Part shown: in pieces, positions 28,215 to 38,060 of the stretch
Layout: every line of letters begins with the position of its first letter
How positions within the stretch are numbered: the stretch's first letter is position 1
Source: Candidatus Latescibacterota bacterium
Lineage (GTDB): Bacteria > Latescibacterota > UBA2968 > UBA8231
NCBI GenBank assembly: GCA_965215195.1
Contig: CBDCDC010000002.1
Location: 768,001 to 832,000 of the forward strand
DNA length: 64,000 nt
Direction: 5' to 3'
Notes under the pieces: generated by a model
What the model was told of the DNA's origin: nothing
Seen by the model: only the letters and a program-made list of their open reading frames with translations
The model's database searches: none
Made by a program: the position numbers and the translations under genes

Positions 28215-30059
28215 TCAAGGCGTTTTCCCTAGCTGATTGGCCTTTTCGAGCAGTTGTCGCGCCTCCGTATAGCGGCCCTGTTCGCGCTCGATATGCGCCA
28301 TCAAGCGATAGGGCGTAGGCCGCCACGGGTCAATGGCGGCCGCGGCCGCGGCATGCTCCATAGCGCGATCCACCTCGCCGAGTTCAAACAACTTAAGCGC
28401 CGCGTTAAAGCGCACCGTGCGCGAGTCGCAAGCAAGGGCCGCGGCATGCTCGTACGCAGCCGCGGCCGCGGCCCGATCCCCGGCCCACAGGCGCTCCTCG
28501 CCGGCCATAAAATAGTAATTGCTCTGGATCTTCCGCACCCACGGATCGCGAAAAAAGCCCGCGGCCAACGCGTTGCCCATCTCGATCTGCCGGGCGGCCC
28601 CGGCGCTATCGTCGGGTGCTTGCAGGCGATAGACCAAGCCGGCCGGCACAAACACCCATCCCGCAATCGGCGCACGGCGCGGGACCAAATAAAAAAGGGG
28701 CCGACCCCCCCGGGCCAAGGCGGCCTCGCGTCGCCAGCGCACGCGCTCCTGCCGCACCGGCGGCAGCGCGTGCTCGCCCCAGTCGAGCACATCCGTCCCC
28801 CGTCCCAAGCGGTTGTACAGGGTCACATCCGGGCGCAAGCCCTCTATCCGCAACAGGTAGTCGAGCACAAAGGCCGCATCGTCCCCCTCGGTAATCAAGA
28901 TCGCGTCCTCGGGCAAGTCGGCGAGAATGTCGCGGCCATAGCGGTCAGCGACCCAATTTTCGCTGCGGTCGGAGTCCGCGTAGTGCGCGGTCAGCACCAA
29001 GGCGACCACGAGCGCGGCGAGCGGAATCGAGACGGCCGGCCGCACCCGGCCAGCCAGCGCGTCCAACCCCATGCCCAACCACACTGCCAACCCCACTACG
29101 CTGAGCAGGTAAAACACCGGCAGGCCATTGGGATCGCGGTGGTAGTTGAGCGCGGCGATTAGGTTGCAGGCGATTGCCCCTCCAACCAAGACAAACGCAC
29201 TGCGATCGCCGCGCCAAGCCACCCACCCCCCCCAAGCGATCAACGGCACTACTGTGAAGTGGAACTCGCCGGCCGCCTGCGCCAGCCAGCGCTGGGCGTT
29301 GAGCAGCATGCCCTCTAAGGGCAACGAAAAAAACGACGAGCGATACAGCGCGCCGCTCAAGTGCTGCCACAGGGCCGCGCCATCGTCGAGCGGCCCCCAG
29401 TGAAACCCCGCGCCCCGGCCATTGCGCAGCGGCAGGTACGCCACCAAGCTGTACCCTGCCAGCGCAGCGAGCATTCCCTGCGCCAGCAACAGGGGCCGCC
29501 GCCACAGCGCGGGCCAGCGCCAAGCCAAGACCGCGACCACGCCCGGCCACACGAGCACCTGCATCAAGTGAGCCGTGAGACCCAAGCCCATGAGCCAGCC
29601 CAAGAGGAGTATCTGGCGCGGCTCCTTGCGCTCACACGCTCTAAGGGCTTGGGCCAGCACCAAGACCACCAGCAGCAAGGCCAAGCCATAGACTTCGGCG
29701 ATGACGGCCTGAGACCAAAAGGTGCGCGAAAACGCCAACGCCAAGGCCGCGGCCAAAGCCACCACGGGCCGCACCCCGCGCCCGCAGAGCACGGCCGCCA
29801 AGGCCCCGCAACAGGCCGCGGCAAACAGGGCCGATGCGGCATTGACCGCCAGGGCCGGGCGGACCCACGGCAGGGCCAGCGCGAGCAAGCGGCTGCTGAG
29901 GCAGAACAGGGGATACCCGGTCGGATGCGCCGTTCCCAACCCGTACGCCGCGCCGATCAGCTCGCCGCTCCCTTCTACGTACACGGTCGGGCACAGGGTC
30001 GTCCCATAGACCGCGAGCGCAGCGACCCCTCCGGCCAACCCAACGATCCCGGCCGTCAC
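28215..30059 (-). CDS. DUF2723/TMEM260-like GT-C glycosyltransferase with C-terminal TPR
   Basis: LCPTVYVEGSGELIGAAYGLGTAHPTGYPLF, FWSQAVIAEVY, YLPLR, LPEDAILITEGDD. GTG start overlaps the upstream stop. Confidence 0.85.
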   Translation of the reverse strand: MTAGIVGLAGGVAALAVYGTTLCPTVYVEGSGELIGAAYGLGTAHPTGYPLFCLSSRLLALALPWVRPALAVNAASALFAAACCGALAAVLCGRGVRPVVALAAALALAFSRTFWSQAVIAEVYGLALLLVVLVLAQALRACERKEPRQILLLGWLMGLGLTAHLMQVLVWPGVVAVLAWRWPALWRRPLLLAQGMLAALAGYSLVAYLPLRNGRGAGFHWGPLDDGAALWQHLSGALYRSSFFSLPLEGMLLNAQRWLAQAAGEFHFTVVPLIAWGGWVAWRGDRSAFVLVGGAIACNLIAALNYHRDPNGLPVFYLLSVVGLAVWLGMGLDALAGRVRPAVSIPLAALVVALVLTAHYADSDRSENWVADRYGRDILADLPEDAILITEGDDAAFVLDYLLRIEGLRPDVTLYNRLGRGTDVLDWGEHALPPVRQERVRWRREAALARGGRPLFYLVPRRAPIAGWVFVPAGLVYRLQAPDDSAGAARQIEMGNALAAGFFRDPWVRKIQSNYYFMAGEERLWAGDRAAAAAAYEHAAALACDSRTVRFNAALKLFELGEVDRAMEHAAAAAAIDPWRPTPYRLMAHIEREQGRYTEARQLLEKANQLGKTP

Positions 30060-32416
30060 GACCCCACCCCTAGCCGCAGGCGTTCGAGCCACCCGCTCCA
30101 CAAAGGCCCTTGCGTGGCTATGGCGTGAATTACGACGATCAAGACGCCCAGCGCGGCCCGGACCTTCCACTGCGCCCCCGCGTCCGCCGGCATATTCTTC
30201 ACCAGCGGCAAGATCAGCCGCCGGCCGCCCCAAGCCAGCCCCAGCCAAAGCGCAGCCGCGGCCACGCTGACCAGCAAGCCATAGCGGAAACTATTCGGCT
30301 CGTACGAAAAGACGACCTCGCGCGCCCCGGCCGGGACCACTACGGCGCGGAACACGTGATTGGCGCGGAGGATCGGCCGCTCAACCCCATCGACAAAGGC
30401 CCGCCAGCCCGGGTAGTAGGTATCGCTCAAGACCAAAATTCCCCCAGCCGAGTCGGCGAGAGCCACGGCGACTTCTTCGTCCTCGTAGCGGACGATCCGC
30501 GCCGCGCCGCCCGGTCCAATCGCGGCGGCCGGGGCTTCCTCCAATACTACTTCGCGCCGCATGGGAAACCCGCGAGCCATATAACTCAGCCCGGCCCGCG
30601 GACTAGTGGCGAGGTGGAATTGGCCCACTGCGTACGCCCGGGGCAAGGCCGCGGGCAGACGTTGCACGTCCATGTCCCCGCGGCCGTAGCGCACCGCGTA
30701 TTCCACCCCGGCCAAGGCGGCAAACGCCGGATAGCCGCGGGCGAATTCCCCGTGGCGATACAGGTGCAGCGGACTCCATCCCGGCAGGGCGTTGGCCACT
30801 CCGTACAGCCCCCCCGAATACATCCGCAAGGTTTCGTTATAACGCCGATAAGACGCCAAGTCGTAGGCCCAGCCGCCGTGCCAATCAAAGGGCGAGTTCC
30901 GCTCGGTGACCAAGCTGACGATCCGCGGCGGCGCAGCAGCCGTGTGGTCGGCCAAAATCGCGCCCGCCGTGGCCGGGGTCTCGGTGTACGCGGCTGGCTC
31001 TATGGTGCCATTAAAATCCGCGCCAAAGCTGTACAGCTCGGCAAAAATGGCCACGGGCGCGGCCCACGCTGCGGCCCGCCGCGCCCGCCGCCCGAGCAGG
31101 TACGCGCCGATTATCAACGCCCCTATCAGCCGCAGGCCGTCGCCGCGCAAGTGGTGGATGTAGCGCGTTGGTTCTGAACCGTCCCCCAAGAGCGCGACCC
31201 CGCTGGCCCACAGCAGGCCCACACTGGCCGCGCCGAGGACTATGGCCAACAGCCAGCCATTTGCCGGCCGGTGCCGCTGGCGGCGCAACACTTGGTCGAG
31301 CCCGAGGCCGCAGAGCACGGACGCCCCCAAGGCAAACCACAACAAAAAGCGCGTTGGGATGCGGAACAGGCTAAACCCCGGAATTTCGTAAAAAAGGGAA
31401 AAGATGGCCGTGTATTTGCCCAGCGCGAGCACCAACCCGGCGAGCCCGAGCACCGCGAAAAAACCGACTTGGCCGTCCGGCCGCTCGCGCAGGGCCGCCC
31501 AAGCCAAAAACAGGGGCACCACGCCGACGTACGCGCAGAGCTGGATGAAGAAGCCCACCTCCCGGCTCCCGTACGTGCCGTGCGCCGAATTGCCGAAGAA
31601 GTTGGGCCACAACAAGGTAGCCAGCCGCTCGGGCGGCAGCGACATCGCGACAAAGCTGGCCCACGACAAGCCGGCCCCGCGATTGGATAGCTGCACTAAT
31701 TCGGCAGTAGGCCCTAGCTGGACCGCGGCGAGAGCCGCGCCCAGCACGAGTGCGCCGGCCAGCGCCAGCCAAGCCGCCCACCCCGCGCCCTGCACCCAGC
31801 TCCGATAGAGCCAGTAACCCGCAACGGCGACAGCTCCGTAGAGGGCAGCTTGGGGATGGCCGGCCAGCAGTTGCAGGCAAATCACCAGCGCAAAGAGCAG
31901 CACGTAAAAAAAGTGCCCTCGGTTCAGGATGCGATCGACGAGCCAAAACAGCAGTGGCAACCAAGCGCATACGTCGATGAAGTTGGGCGACATGGCCCGC
32001 ACGACCATGTACCCGCTCAGGGCGTAGCACAGCCCGGCGCACAGCGCGGCCGGCCGCACCGCACCAAAGGCGCGCACCAGCGCGTACATGCCCACGCCGG
32101 CTAACCACAAATGCAAGACAATGTTCCAATTCAGCGCGGCCCATGTGGGCAAAAGCAGCGCCAAAATCACATTGGGCGGATACAGGGGCCCGGCCTGGCC
32201 TTCGGCAAACAGGGGGAAGCCGCAGTTGATGGCCGCATTCCACAGCGGCAATTGGCCCTCGCGCAGGGCGCGGGCGAAAAACTCGCGGAACGGGTGGTTT
32301 TGCACCATCACGTCCTGCACGAAAAACGCCCCCTCTAGCGCGGCGGCCGGCCAAAAGAAAATGGCCACCGCCGCCCCGAGCAGCCCCACCGCCCCCAGAT
32401 CCTTGCGCCACTCCAC
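30056..32416 (-). CDS. YfhO-family membrane protein (GT-C fold)
   Basis: GQLPLWN...GFPLFAEGQAGPLYP, LAGHPQ, FRIPTRF, LVLSDTYYPGWRAFVDG...ANHVFRAVVVPAG. Confidence 0.88.
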   Translation of the reverse strand: MEWRKDLGAVGLLGAAVAIFFWPAAALEGAFFVQDVMVQNHPFREFFARALREGQLPLWNAAINCGFPLFAEGQAGPLYPPNVILALLLPTWAALNWNIVLHLWLAGVGMYALVRAFGAVRPAALCAGLCYALSGYMVVRAMSPNFIDVCAWLPLLFWLVDRILNRGHFFYVLLFALVICLQLLAGHPQAALYGAVAVAGYWLYRSWVQGAGWAAWLALAGALVLGAALAAVQLGPTAELVQLSNRGAGLSWASFVAMSLPPERLATLLWPNFFGNSAHGTYGSREVGFFIQLCAYVGVVPLFLAWAALRERPDGQVGFFAVLGLAGLVLALGKYTAIFSLFYEIPGFSLFRIPTRFLLWFALGASVLCGLGLDQVLRRQRHRPANGWLLAIVLGAASVGLLWASGVALLGDGSEPTRYIHHLRGDGLRLIGALIIGAYLLGRRARRAAAWAAPVAIFAELYSFGADFNGTIEPAAYTETPATAGAILADHTAAAPPRIVSLVTERNSPFDWHGGWAYDLASYRRYNETLRMYSGGLYGVANALPGWSPLHLYRHGEFARGYPAFAALAGVEYAVRYGRGDMDVQRLPAALPRAYAVGQFHLATSPRAGLSYMARGFPMRREVVLEEAPAAAIGPGGAARIVRYEDEEVAVALADSAGGILVLSDTYYPGWRAFVDGVERPILRANHVFRAVVVPAGAREVVFSYEPNSFRYGLLVSVAAAALWLGLAWGGRRLILPLVKNMPADAGAQWKVRAALGVLIVVIHAIATQGPLWSGWLERLRLGVGS

Positions 32417-32419
32417 GGG

Positions 32420-33541
32420 CTAGGGCCTCCGCAAATGTGCGCAGAGCCGCTCGGCCGCCAAGGCGTGGCCGGCCGCGTTCCAGTGGCTATCGCGCCAATA
32501 CAGGGTTTGGGTTTGGGCCTGTTCCCTGAACTCGTCGAGCAAGTCGATCAGGGCGAATCCGTACTCTTCGGCAAAGCTGGCGAGTTTGGCATTGGGCTTG
32601 CGCAGGTCGAACTCGCCAATCAGGCCGTACAGCGCGCGCTTGGCGCGCCAGTTGTCCTCTTCTACTTGGACGATCGACGGCACGTACACAACGGTCAGGC
32701 GAGCGCCGTGCTGCTCAACGCTGCGCTTAAAGGCCGCGAGGATGCGGCCCGTCAGTTCCCAAGCCGGGGCAAAGCGCGCGTCCGCGCCGTACAGGCCGGC
32801 GTAAAAATCCTGCTGCTGCCCGCGCGGCACCTCCGGCTGCCACGCCTTTTGCGCCAGCCGGTACAAGTGCCAGTGCTGGGAGAAATAGCCCTGCAACCGC
32901 GCCGCGAGGGGCAACGAATTTGCGGGCTGTCGCCAAAAGCTTGACTCCTTTACCGGGCTGCCCGCGAGCGCGAGCTGCCCGTTGCTCCGCACCCGGAAGT
33001 AGGGCTTGAAGCCCCGCTCAGCGCCAATGCCCCGGCGCGAAGCATTGTTCCACAGGTCGTTGCCGTAAAAAAAGAGCACCACTTCATCGGCCTCAAAGCG
33101 CGGCCCCTGTTGCTCGAAAAACAGCAGTGCTTGGTCGGTGCCGTAGCCAGCCACCCCGAAGTTAGCTACCTCCACGGCGGCCCCCTCCCGCCGGAGACAG
33201 GCTTCGAGCTGGCGGCTGACCGCGGCCTCTATGGGAACGCCCCACCCCTCGACAAACGAGTCGCCGAACAGGGCCACGCGGCCGACGCCCGCGGCCTTTT
33301 CTGCCGCGAACTCGCGGTCGCGCAAGCCCATGCTGTTGATCTGCATTTCCACGTCGAATTCCGGGGTGACCAAGCGGCCGACGCGGCCTGGGATGTGGCT
33401 CCAACCCAGCTCGGGATCGTAGCACCAGACCGGGGGCCGGCGGAAGAGCTGCGGGTGCAGGAAGCTCAACGCCAGCTCGCACAGGGCGATCCCGATAATT
33501 AAGCTGACCAGTGCGAGGGCTATCTTGGGCGCGTAGCGCAT
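32420..33541 (-). CDS. SGNH/GDSL hydrolase, AlgJ/AlgX-like
   Basis: INSMGLRD, FGDSFVEG, NFGVAGYG, GND, DSHWNAAGH. Confidence 0.88.
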   Translation of the reverse strand: MRYAPKIALALVSLIIGIALCELALSFLHPQLFRRPPVWCYDPELGWSHIPGRVGRLVTPEFDVEMQINSMGLRDREFAAEKAAGVGRVALFGDSFVEGWGVPIEAAVSRQLEACLRREGAAVEVANFGVAGYGTDQALLFFEQQGPRFEADEVVLFFYGNDLWNNASRRGIGAERGFKPYFRVRSNGQLALAGSPVKESSFWRQPANSLPLAARLQGYFSQHWHLYRLAQKAWQPEVPRGQQQDFYAGLYGADARFAPAWELTGRILAAFKRSVEQHGARLTVVYVPSIVQVEEDNWRAKRALYGLIGEFDLRKPNAKLASFAEEYGFALIDLLDEFREQAQTQTLYWRDSHWNAAGHALAAERLCAHLRRP

Positions 33542-33681
33542 GCTCTGTTTCGTCCGTTCAATTTCACTGCGACCTCTGAAAATCCGCACAACAGCGATTT
33601 TCTGTCAACCGCGACGCCCTTGGCCGGGATACCGCGCTTTATCTAACCAGGTGGGCCGCCGACCTATCTTGCCCCGATCTG

Positions 33682-34009
33682 GCCGATAAGGTACTTTTTT
33701 GCCACCTACCTAGAACGCGCCGCAAGGCCAACAAGGAGATCGACATGACCGAGCCTGTAACGCAAGCCCAAGACCACGACCGCCGCATTGGGCGTTTAGA
33801 AGGAATTGCCGAGCAGTTGGACCGCCGCTTGGACTCCATTGAAAAGCGGATTGATGGCGTTGAACGCGCTGTCGCCGACCTATCCCGCCGAATCGACGCG
33901 CTAACGCGCTGGTTGGTCGGGATGCAGGTAGCAACCCTTATCGCACTGGGCACACTGATACTAACCCGCTAACCTTAATCCACCGCCCTAGCTAGCCGAT
34001 AAGGTACTT
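33682..34009 (+). repeat. 15-bp direct repeat flanking a small gene
   Basis: GCCGATAAGGTACTT at 33682-33696 and 33995-34009. Confidence 0.75.
33745..33972 (+). CDS. Small coiled-coil protein with C-terminal TM helix (DUF1640/CCDC90-like)
   Basis: AAGGAG RBS, heptads LDRRLDSIEKRIDGVE, tail RWLVGMQVATLIALGTLIL. Confidence 0.75.
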   Translation: MTEPVTQAQDHDRRIGRLEGIAEQLDRRLDSIEKRIDGVERAVADLSRRIDALTRWLVGMQVATLIALGTLILTR

Positions 34010-34100
34010 CAGCCCCCAACGACGGCGACGATATAGACAATCTGTCCTTTTTGCAGCGCCTTCTTCAATTTGTTCACTCTAAAAACCCCTGCCCCAACCC

Positions 34101-35216
34101 ATGCGCCACATCCTAGTCACAGGCGGCGCCGGCTTTATCGGCTCGCACACCGTAGATCGCCTCGTCGCCGCGGGCTACCAAGTCCGCATCCTCGACTCCC
34201 TCCAGGAGCGGGTTCACCCCCAAGGCTGGCCCGCCTATCTGCCCGCGGGCGTGGAAAAGATGCGCGGCGACGTGCGCCAACGCGCCGACTGGCTGGCCGC
34301 GCTCGACGGCATCGACGGCGTCATTCACCTAGCGGCCTACCAAGACTACATGCCGGACTTTTCCACCTTCCACCACGTCAACGCGGTCGGCGCGACCCTG
34401 CTCTACGAACTGATCGTCGCGCACAAATTGCCCGTGCGGAAAGTGGTCTTGGCCTCGTCGCAAGCCGTCTATGGCGAGGGCAAGTACCGCTGCGGCGAGC
34501 ACGGCATCATCTATCCCGACGCCCGGCCCGACGCCCAGCTAGCCAGAGCCGAGTGGGAAGTCGGCTGCCCCCATTGCGCCGCCGCCCTCGCACACCAGCC
34601 GATCACCGAAGACACCGTCAACCCCCATACCCCCTATGGCATCTCCAAATACGCAGCCGAGCTAACCTCCTTCAGCCTCGGCCGCAAATACGACATCCCC
34701 ACGGTCAATATGCGCTACTCCATCGTCCAAGGGCCGCGCAACTCCTTTTTCAATGCCTATTCGGGCATTGGCCGCATTTTTGCCCTCCGCGTCCTGCACG
34801 GCCAGCCCCCGGTCTGCTACGAGGACGGCCAATCCCTGCGCGACTACGTCCATGTCGGCGACGTGGCCCGCGCCAATGTCCTCTGTCTCGAAGACGAGCG
34901 CGCTGATTTCCGCTCCTTCAACGTCGCCGGACAGCGCGGCACCACCGTCCTCGAATACGCCCAACTCGTAACGCGCATGGCCGGGCGCACCATCGAACCG
35001 CTCATAAGCGGCGAATACCGCTTTGGCGACACCCGCCACACCGTGTCCTCTGGCGCGGCCCTGCAAGCCCTTGGCTGGCAGCCCGAGATCTCACTCGAAC
35101 AGACCATTGGCGAATACATCGAGTGGATCAAAAGGCAGCCCGAGCTCGCGGACTTCTACGCGGCGGCTCAAGCGAAGATGCGGGCGGCCAACGTCCTCCG
35201 CCGGGCTAGCGCGTGA
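34101..35216 (+). CDS. NAD-dependent nucleotide-sugar epimerase/dehydratase
   Basis: VTGGAGFIGSH, ASSQAVYGEG, YGISK, RDYVHVGDVA. Confidence 0.92.
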   Translation: MRHILVTGGAGFIGSHTVDRLVAAGYQVRILDSLQERVHPQGWPAYLPAGVEKMRGDVRQRADWLAALDGIDGVIHLAAYQDYMPDFSTFHHVNAVGATLLYELIVAHKLPVRKVVLASSQAVYGEGKYRCGEHGIIYPDARPDAQLARAEWEVGCPHCAAALAHQPITEDTVNPHTPYGISKYAAELTSFSLGRKYDIPTVNMRYSIVQGPRNSFFNAYSGIGRIFALRVLHGQPPVCYEDGQSLRDYVHVGDVARANVLCLEDERADFRSFNVAGQRGTTVLEYAQLVTRMAGRTIEPLISGEYRFGDTRHTVSSGAALQALGWQPEISLEQTIGEYIEWIKRQPELADFYAAAQAKMRAANVLRRASA

Positions 35217-35932
35217 AGGCAATGGTCCTAGCGGCCGGGCGCGGTACGCGCCTGCGTCCACTCACCGACGCGATCCCCAAGGCCATGGTCCCCTTTGCCG
35301 GCAAACCCCTGCTCGAATACGTCGTGCGCCTGTTGGCCCGGCACGGATTCGACGACCTCGTCATCAACCTCCACCACTTGCCCCAAGTCATCGCCGACTA
35401 TTTCGGCGATGGCCGGGCTTGGGGGGTGTCGATTGCCTATTCGCTGGAGGACGACCTGCTCGGCACGGCTGGCGCTGCGCGGCAAGTGGCCGACTTCTTT
35501 GACGGGCCTTTTTTGCTGTACTACGGAGACAACCTGACCAACTTCGACCTAGGCGACTTGTGGCAAAACCACCAGCGCGAAGGCGAGATCGCCAGCATCG
35601 GGCTCGTGCGGCTGGACGACCCGACCACGCGGGGCATCGTCGGGCTCAACGCGCGCGGCCGCATCGACCGCTTCGTGGAAAAACCGCGGCCCGACCAAGT
35701 ATTCGACAACTACTGGGTCAACGCCGGGATCTACGCCCTACAACCCGAAATCCTCGACCGCATCCCGCCCGACGCCCCCTGCGATTTCAGCGAGGTGTTC
35801 GCCGGCTTGCGCGCGGCCGGCCGCTCCCTGCTGGGGCATCCCCTGCGCGGTCAGCTCCTTTCGACCGATACGCCGGAACGCTATGGCCGCGCCTGTCAGC
35901 GCGTGGACTCGGGCGCGTTTGCCCTTCCTTGA
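35213..35932 (+). CDS. Sugar-1-phosphate nucleotidyltransferase (HddC/GMPP-like)
   Basis: LAAGRGTRLRPLT..PKAM, LGTAG, YGD, FVEKP. Confidence 0.9.
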   Translation: MKAMVLAAGRGTRLRPLTDAIPKAMVPFAGKPLLEYVVRLLARHGFDDLVINLHHLPQVIADYFGDGRAWGVSIAYSLEDDLLGTAGAARQVADFFDGPFLLYYGDNLTNFDLGDLWQNHQREGEIASIGLVRLDDPTTRGIVGLNARGRIDRFVEKPRPDQVFDNYWVNAGIYALQPEILDRIPPDAPCDFSEVFAGLRAAGRSLLGHPLRGQLLSTDTPERYGRACQRVDSGAFALP

Positions 35933-35944
35933 AACGAGGCTAGT

Positions 35945-36934
35945 TTGATCCTCACCAGAGCGCCCCTGCGCATTCCGCTCGGCGGCGGCGGCACCGACTT
36001 AGCGTCCTATTACACCCACTACGGAGGATTCGTGCTCAGCGTTGGCATCGACAAATACGTCTATATCCAGCTCAACGACCTCGAGGTGGAAGACTTCATT
36101 CGCGTCAAGTACTCGCAGACCGAAAAGGTGGATGCGCCCGGCCAGATCCAACATCCCCTGCTGCGCGAAGCCCTGATCTACGCCGGGATCGACGGTGGAA
36201 TCGAAATCAGCGCGATGTCCGACGTACCCGGTCGCACCGGCCTAGGCTCTTCGGGCGCGTTTACCGTGGCGCTTATGGCCGCGCTCCACGCCTATAAGCG
36301 CGAACACCCCGCTCCCCAAGTGCTAGCGGAGGAAGCCCACTATATCGAAGCGGTGCGGGCCGCCCAGCCAGCCGGCAAACACGACCACTACTTGGGGACC
36401 TTCGGCGGCCTGACTTGCCTCGACATCGATCCCAGCGGTCGGGTCGCAGTCGCGCCACTGGCGATCTCCGCGCCCACGGCCGAGGCCCTCGCCGCCAACA
36501 TGCTGGTCTTTTTTACCGGCATCCGGCGCGAGAGTTCGGACATCCTCGCACGGCAAAACCAAGACACCCAACAAGGCGACGACCGCGTCCTAGACAGCCT
36601 GCATCAGACCAAGCAGATCGGCTACCAGATCAAGGAGGCACTCGAACAAGACGCACTCAACCGCTTCGGCGAATTGCTCCACGAGCACTGGCTGGCCAAA
36701 AAGCAGCGGGCGCAGCAGATATCCAATGCGGACATCAACCGCTGGTACGCGGCCGGCCGCGCGGCCGGGGCCCTCGGCGGCAAGCTGCTGGGGGCCGGCG
36801 GCGGCGGTTTCCTCATGTTCTATTGCCCGGCTGAACGCCACGCCACGCTGCGCGCAACCATGGCCCAAGCGGGCCTGCGCGAGATGCGCTGCCAATTTGC
36901 CACTGAGGGCGTCAAGGTCCTCGTCCGCACCTGA
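35945..36934 (+). CDS. GHMP kinase, heptose-7-phosphate kinase (HddA)-like
   Basis: RAPLRIPLGGGGTD, PGRTGLGSSG, GGKLLGAGGGGF. Confidence 0.88.
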   Translation: MILTRAPLRIPLGGGGTDLASYYTHYGGFVLSVGIDKYVYIQLNDLEVEDFIRVKYSQTEKVDAPGQIQHPLLREALIYAGIDGGIEISAMSDVPGRTGLGSSGAFTVALMAALHAYKREHPAPQVLAEEAHYIEAVRAAQPAGKHDHYLGTFGGLTCLDIDPSGRVAVAPLAISAPTAEALAANMLVFFTGIRRESSDILARQNQDTQQGDDRVLDSLHQTKQIGYQIKEALEQDALNRFGELLHEHWLAKKQRAQQISNADINRWYAAGRAAGALGGKLLGAGGGGFLMFYCPAERHATLRATMAQAGLREMRCQFATEGVKVLVRT

Positions 36935-37779
36935 TGCACACCCTCAACCTAGGCCATGCCGAGGCCGTACACCTGCCCGGCGGCGATTTTCGCCTCGACG
37001 GCGGGACCATGTTCGGCTTGGTGCCCAAGGTCCTGTGGCAGCGCGAGTGCCCCCCGGACGAGCACAACCGCATCCGCCTGTCGTGCAACTGCCTGCTCCT
37101 GAAAACGGGCCGCGCGCTCGTGCTGCTCGACGCCGGCTTTGGCGAGCGCTTCTCCCGGCGCGAGCGCGCCCTGTACGGCATGGACGGCGCACCTGCGCTG
37201 CGCGGCTCGCTGGCCGCGGCCGGCGTGGCCCCGGAGGCGATCACCACCGTCGCGCTCACCCACCTGCACTTCGACCACTTCTGCGGCTGTCTCGTCGAAG
37301 GGCCTCCGGGTCTAGCCCCGCTGTTTCCCAATGCCGTCCACGCGGTGCAGCGCGGCGAGTGGGACGACGCCTTGGCCGGCCGCAGCACCATGCGGACCAG
37401 CTACCGGCCCGAGGAGCTGCACGCCCTCGCCCGCCAAGTCGAGATGCGCTTTCTCGACGGCGACAGCGAATTGGCCCCCGGGCTGACGGCTTTTGTCACC
37501 GGCGGCCACACCCGCGCCCATCAGGGCTTTCGCCTCGCGGCCGGCCGCCACACCCTCGTCTATCCCGGCGAGCTGATCCCCACGCGCCTCCATCTGCGGC
37601 CCTATTGGAACATGGCCTACGACATGTTCCCCTACCAAACCTTGACCCGCAAACAGCGCTTTGCCGCCGAGGCCGCCGCCCGGGGGTGGATCGTGGCTTG
37701 GGACCACGATCCCGACGCCCTGTGGAGCCGCATCGTCCAAGACGGCGAACACTTTGTCGCCCGCGAGGTGGAACTTTGA
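36934..37779 (+). CDS. MBL-fold metallo-hydrolase (YtnP-like)
   Basis: LDGGTMFGLVPK, THLHFDH, GGHTRAHQ, HDP. Confidence 0.9.
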   Translation: MHTLNLGHAEAVHLPGGDFRLDGGTMFGLVPKVLWQRECPPDEHNRIRLSCNCLLLKTGRALVLLDAGFGERFSRRERALYGMDGAPALRGSLAAAGVAPEAITTVALTHLHFDHFCGCLVEGPPGLAPLFPNAVHAVQRGEWDDALAGRSTMRTSYRPEELHALARQVEMRFLDGDSELAPGLTAFVTGGHTRAHQGFRLAAGRHTLVYPGELIPTRLHLRPYWNMAYDMFPYQTLTRKQRFAAEAAARGWIVAWDHDPDALWSRIVQDGEHFVAREVEL

Positions 37780-37814
37780 CCGCGACTAGGCCATGCGTTA
37801 CCTTTAACGCCACT

Positions 37815-38060
37815 ATGTCCTTGGAAGTCATTGAAATTCCCGCCGCGCACCGCGACTTGCTCAACCGCCTGTCCGAGCTAATTCCCGACCTCGAACCAGA
37901 CTCGCCGCAGAGCTTGCAGCGGATCTTCGGTTTGGGGCTGATCGCTTTAACCATGCAGATCGCCAACAAGGCCCGCGCCCAAGATCAAGCGGCCCTAGTC
38001 GCTGAGTTGGGCGATCTCGCCAAGTCCATGGTCGAAGCCGAAGGCTGGTCCTCCCTGTGA
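37815..38060 (+). CDS. Small hypothetical protein (81 aa)
   Basis: MSLEVIEIPAAHRDLL...AEGWSSL fills the gap, and its stop overlaps the next start (GTGA). Confidence 0.65.
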   Translation: MSLEVIEIPAAHRDLLNRLSELIPDLEPDSPQSLQRIFGLGLIALTMQIANKARAQDQAALVAELGDLAKSMVEAEGWSSL

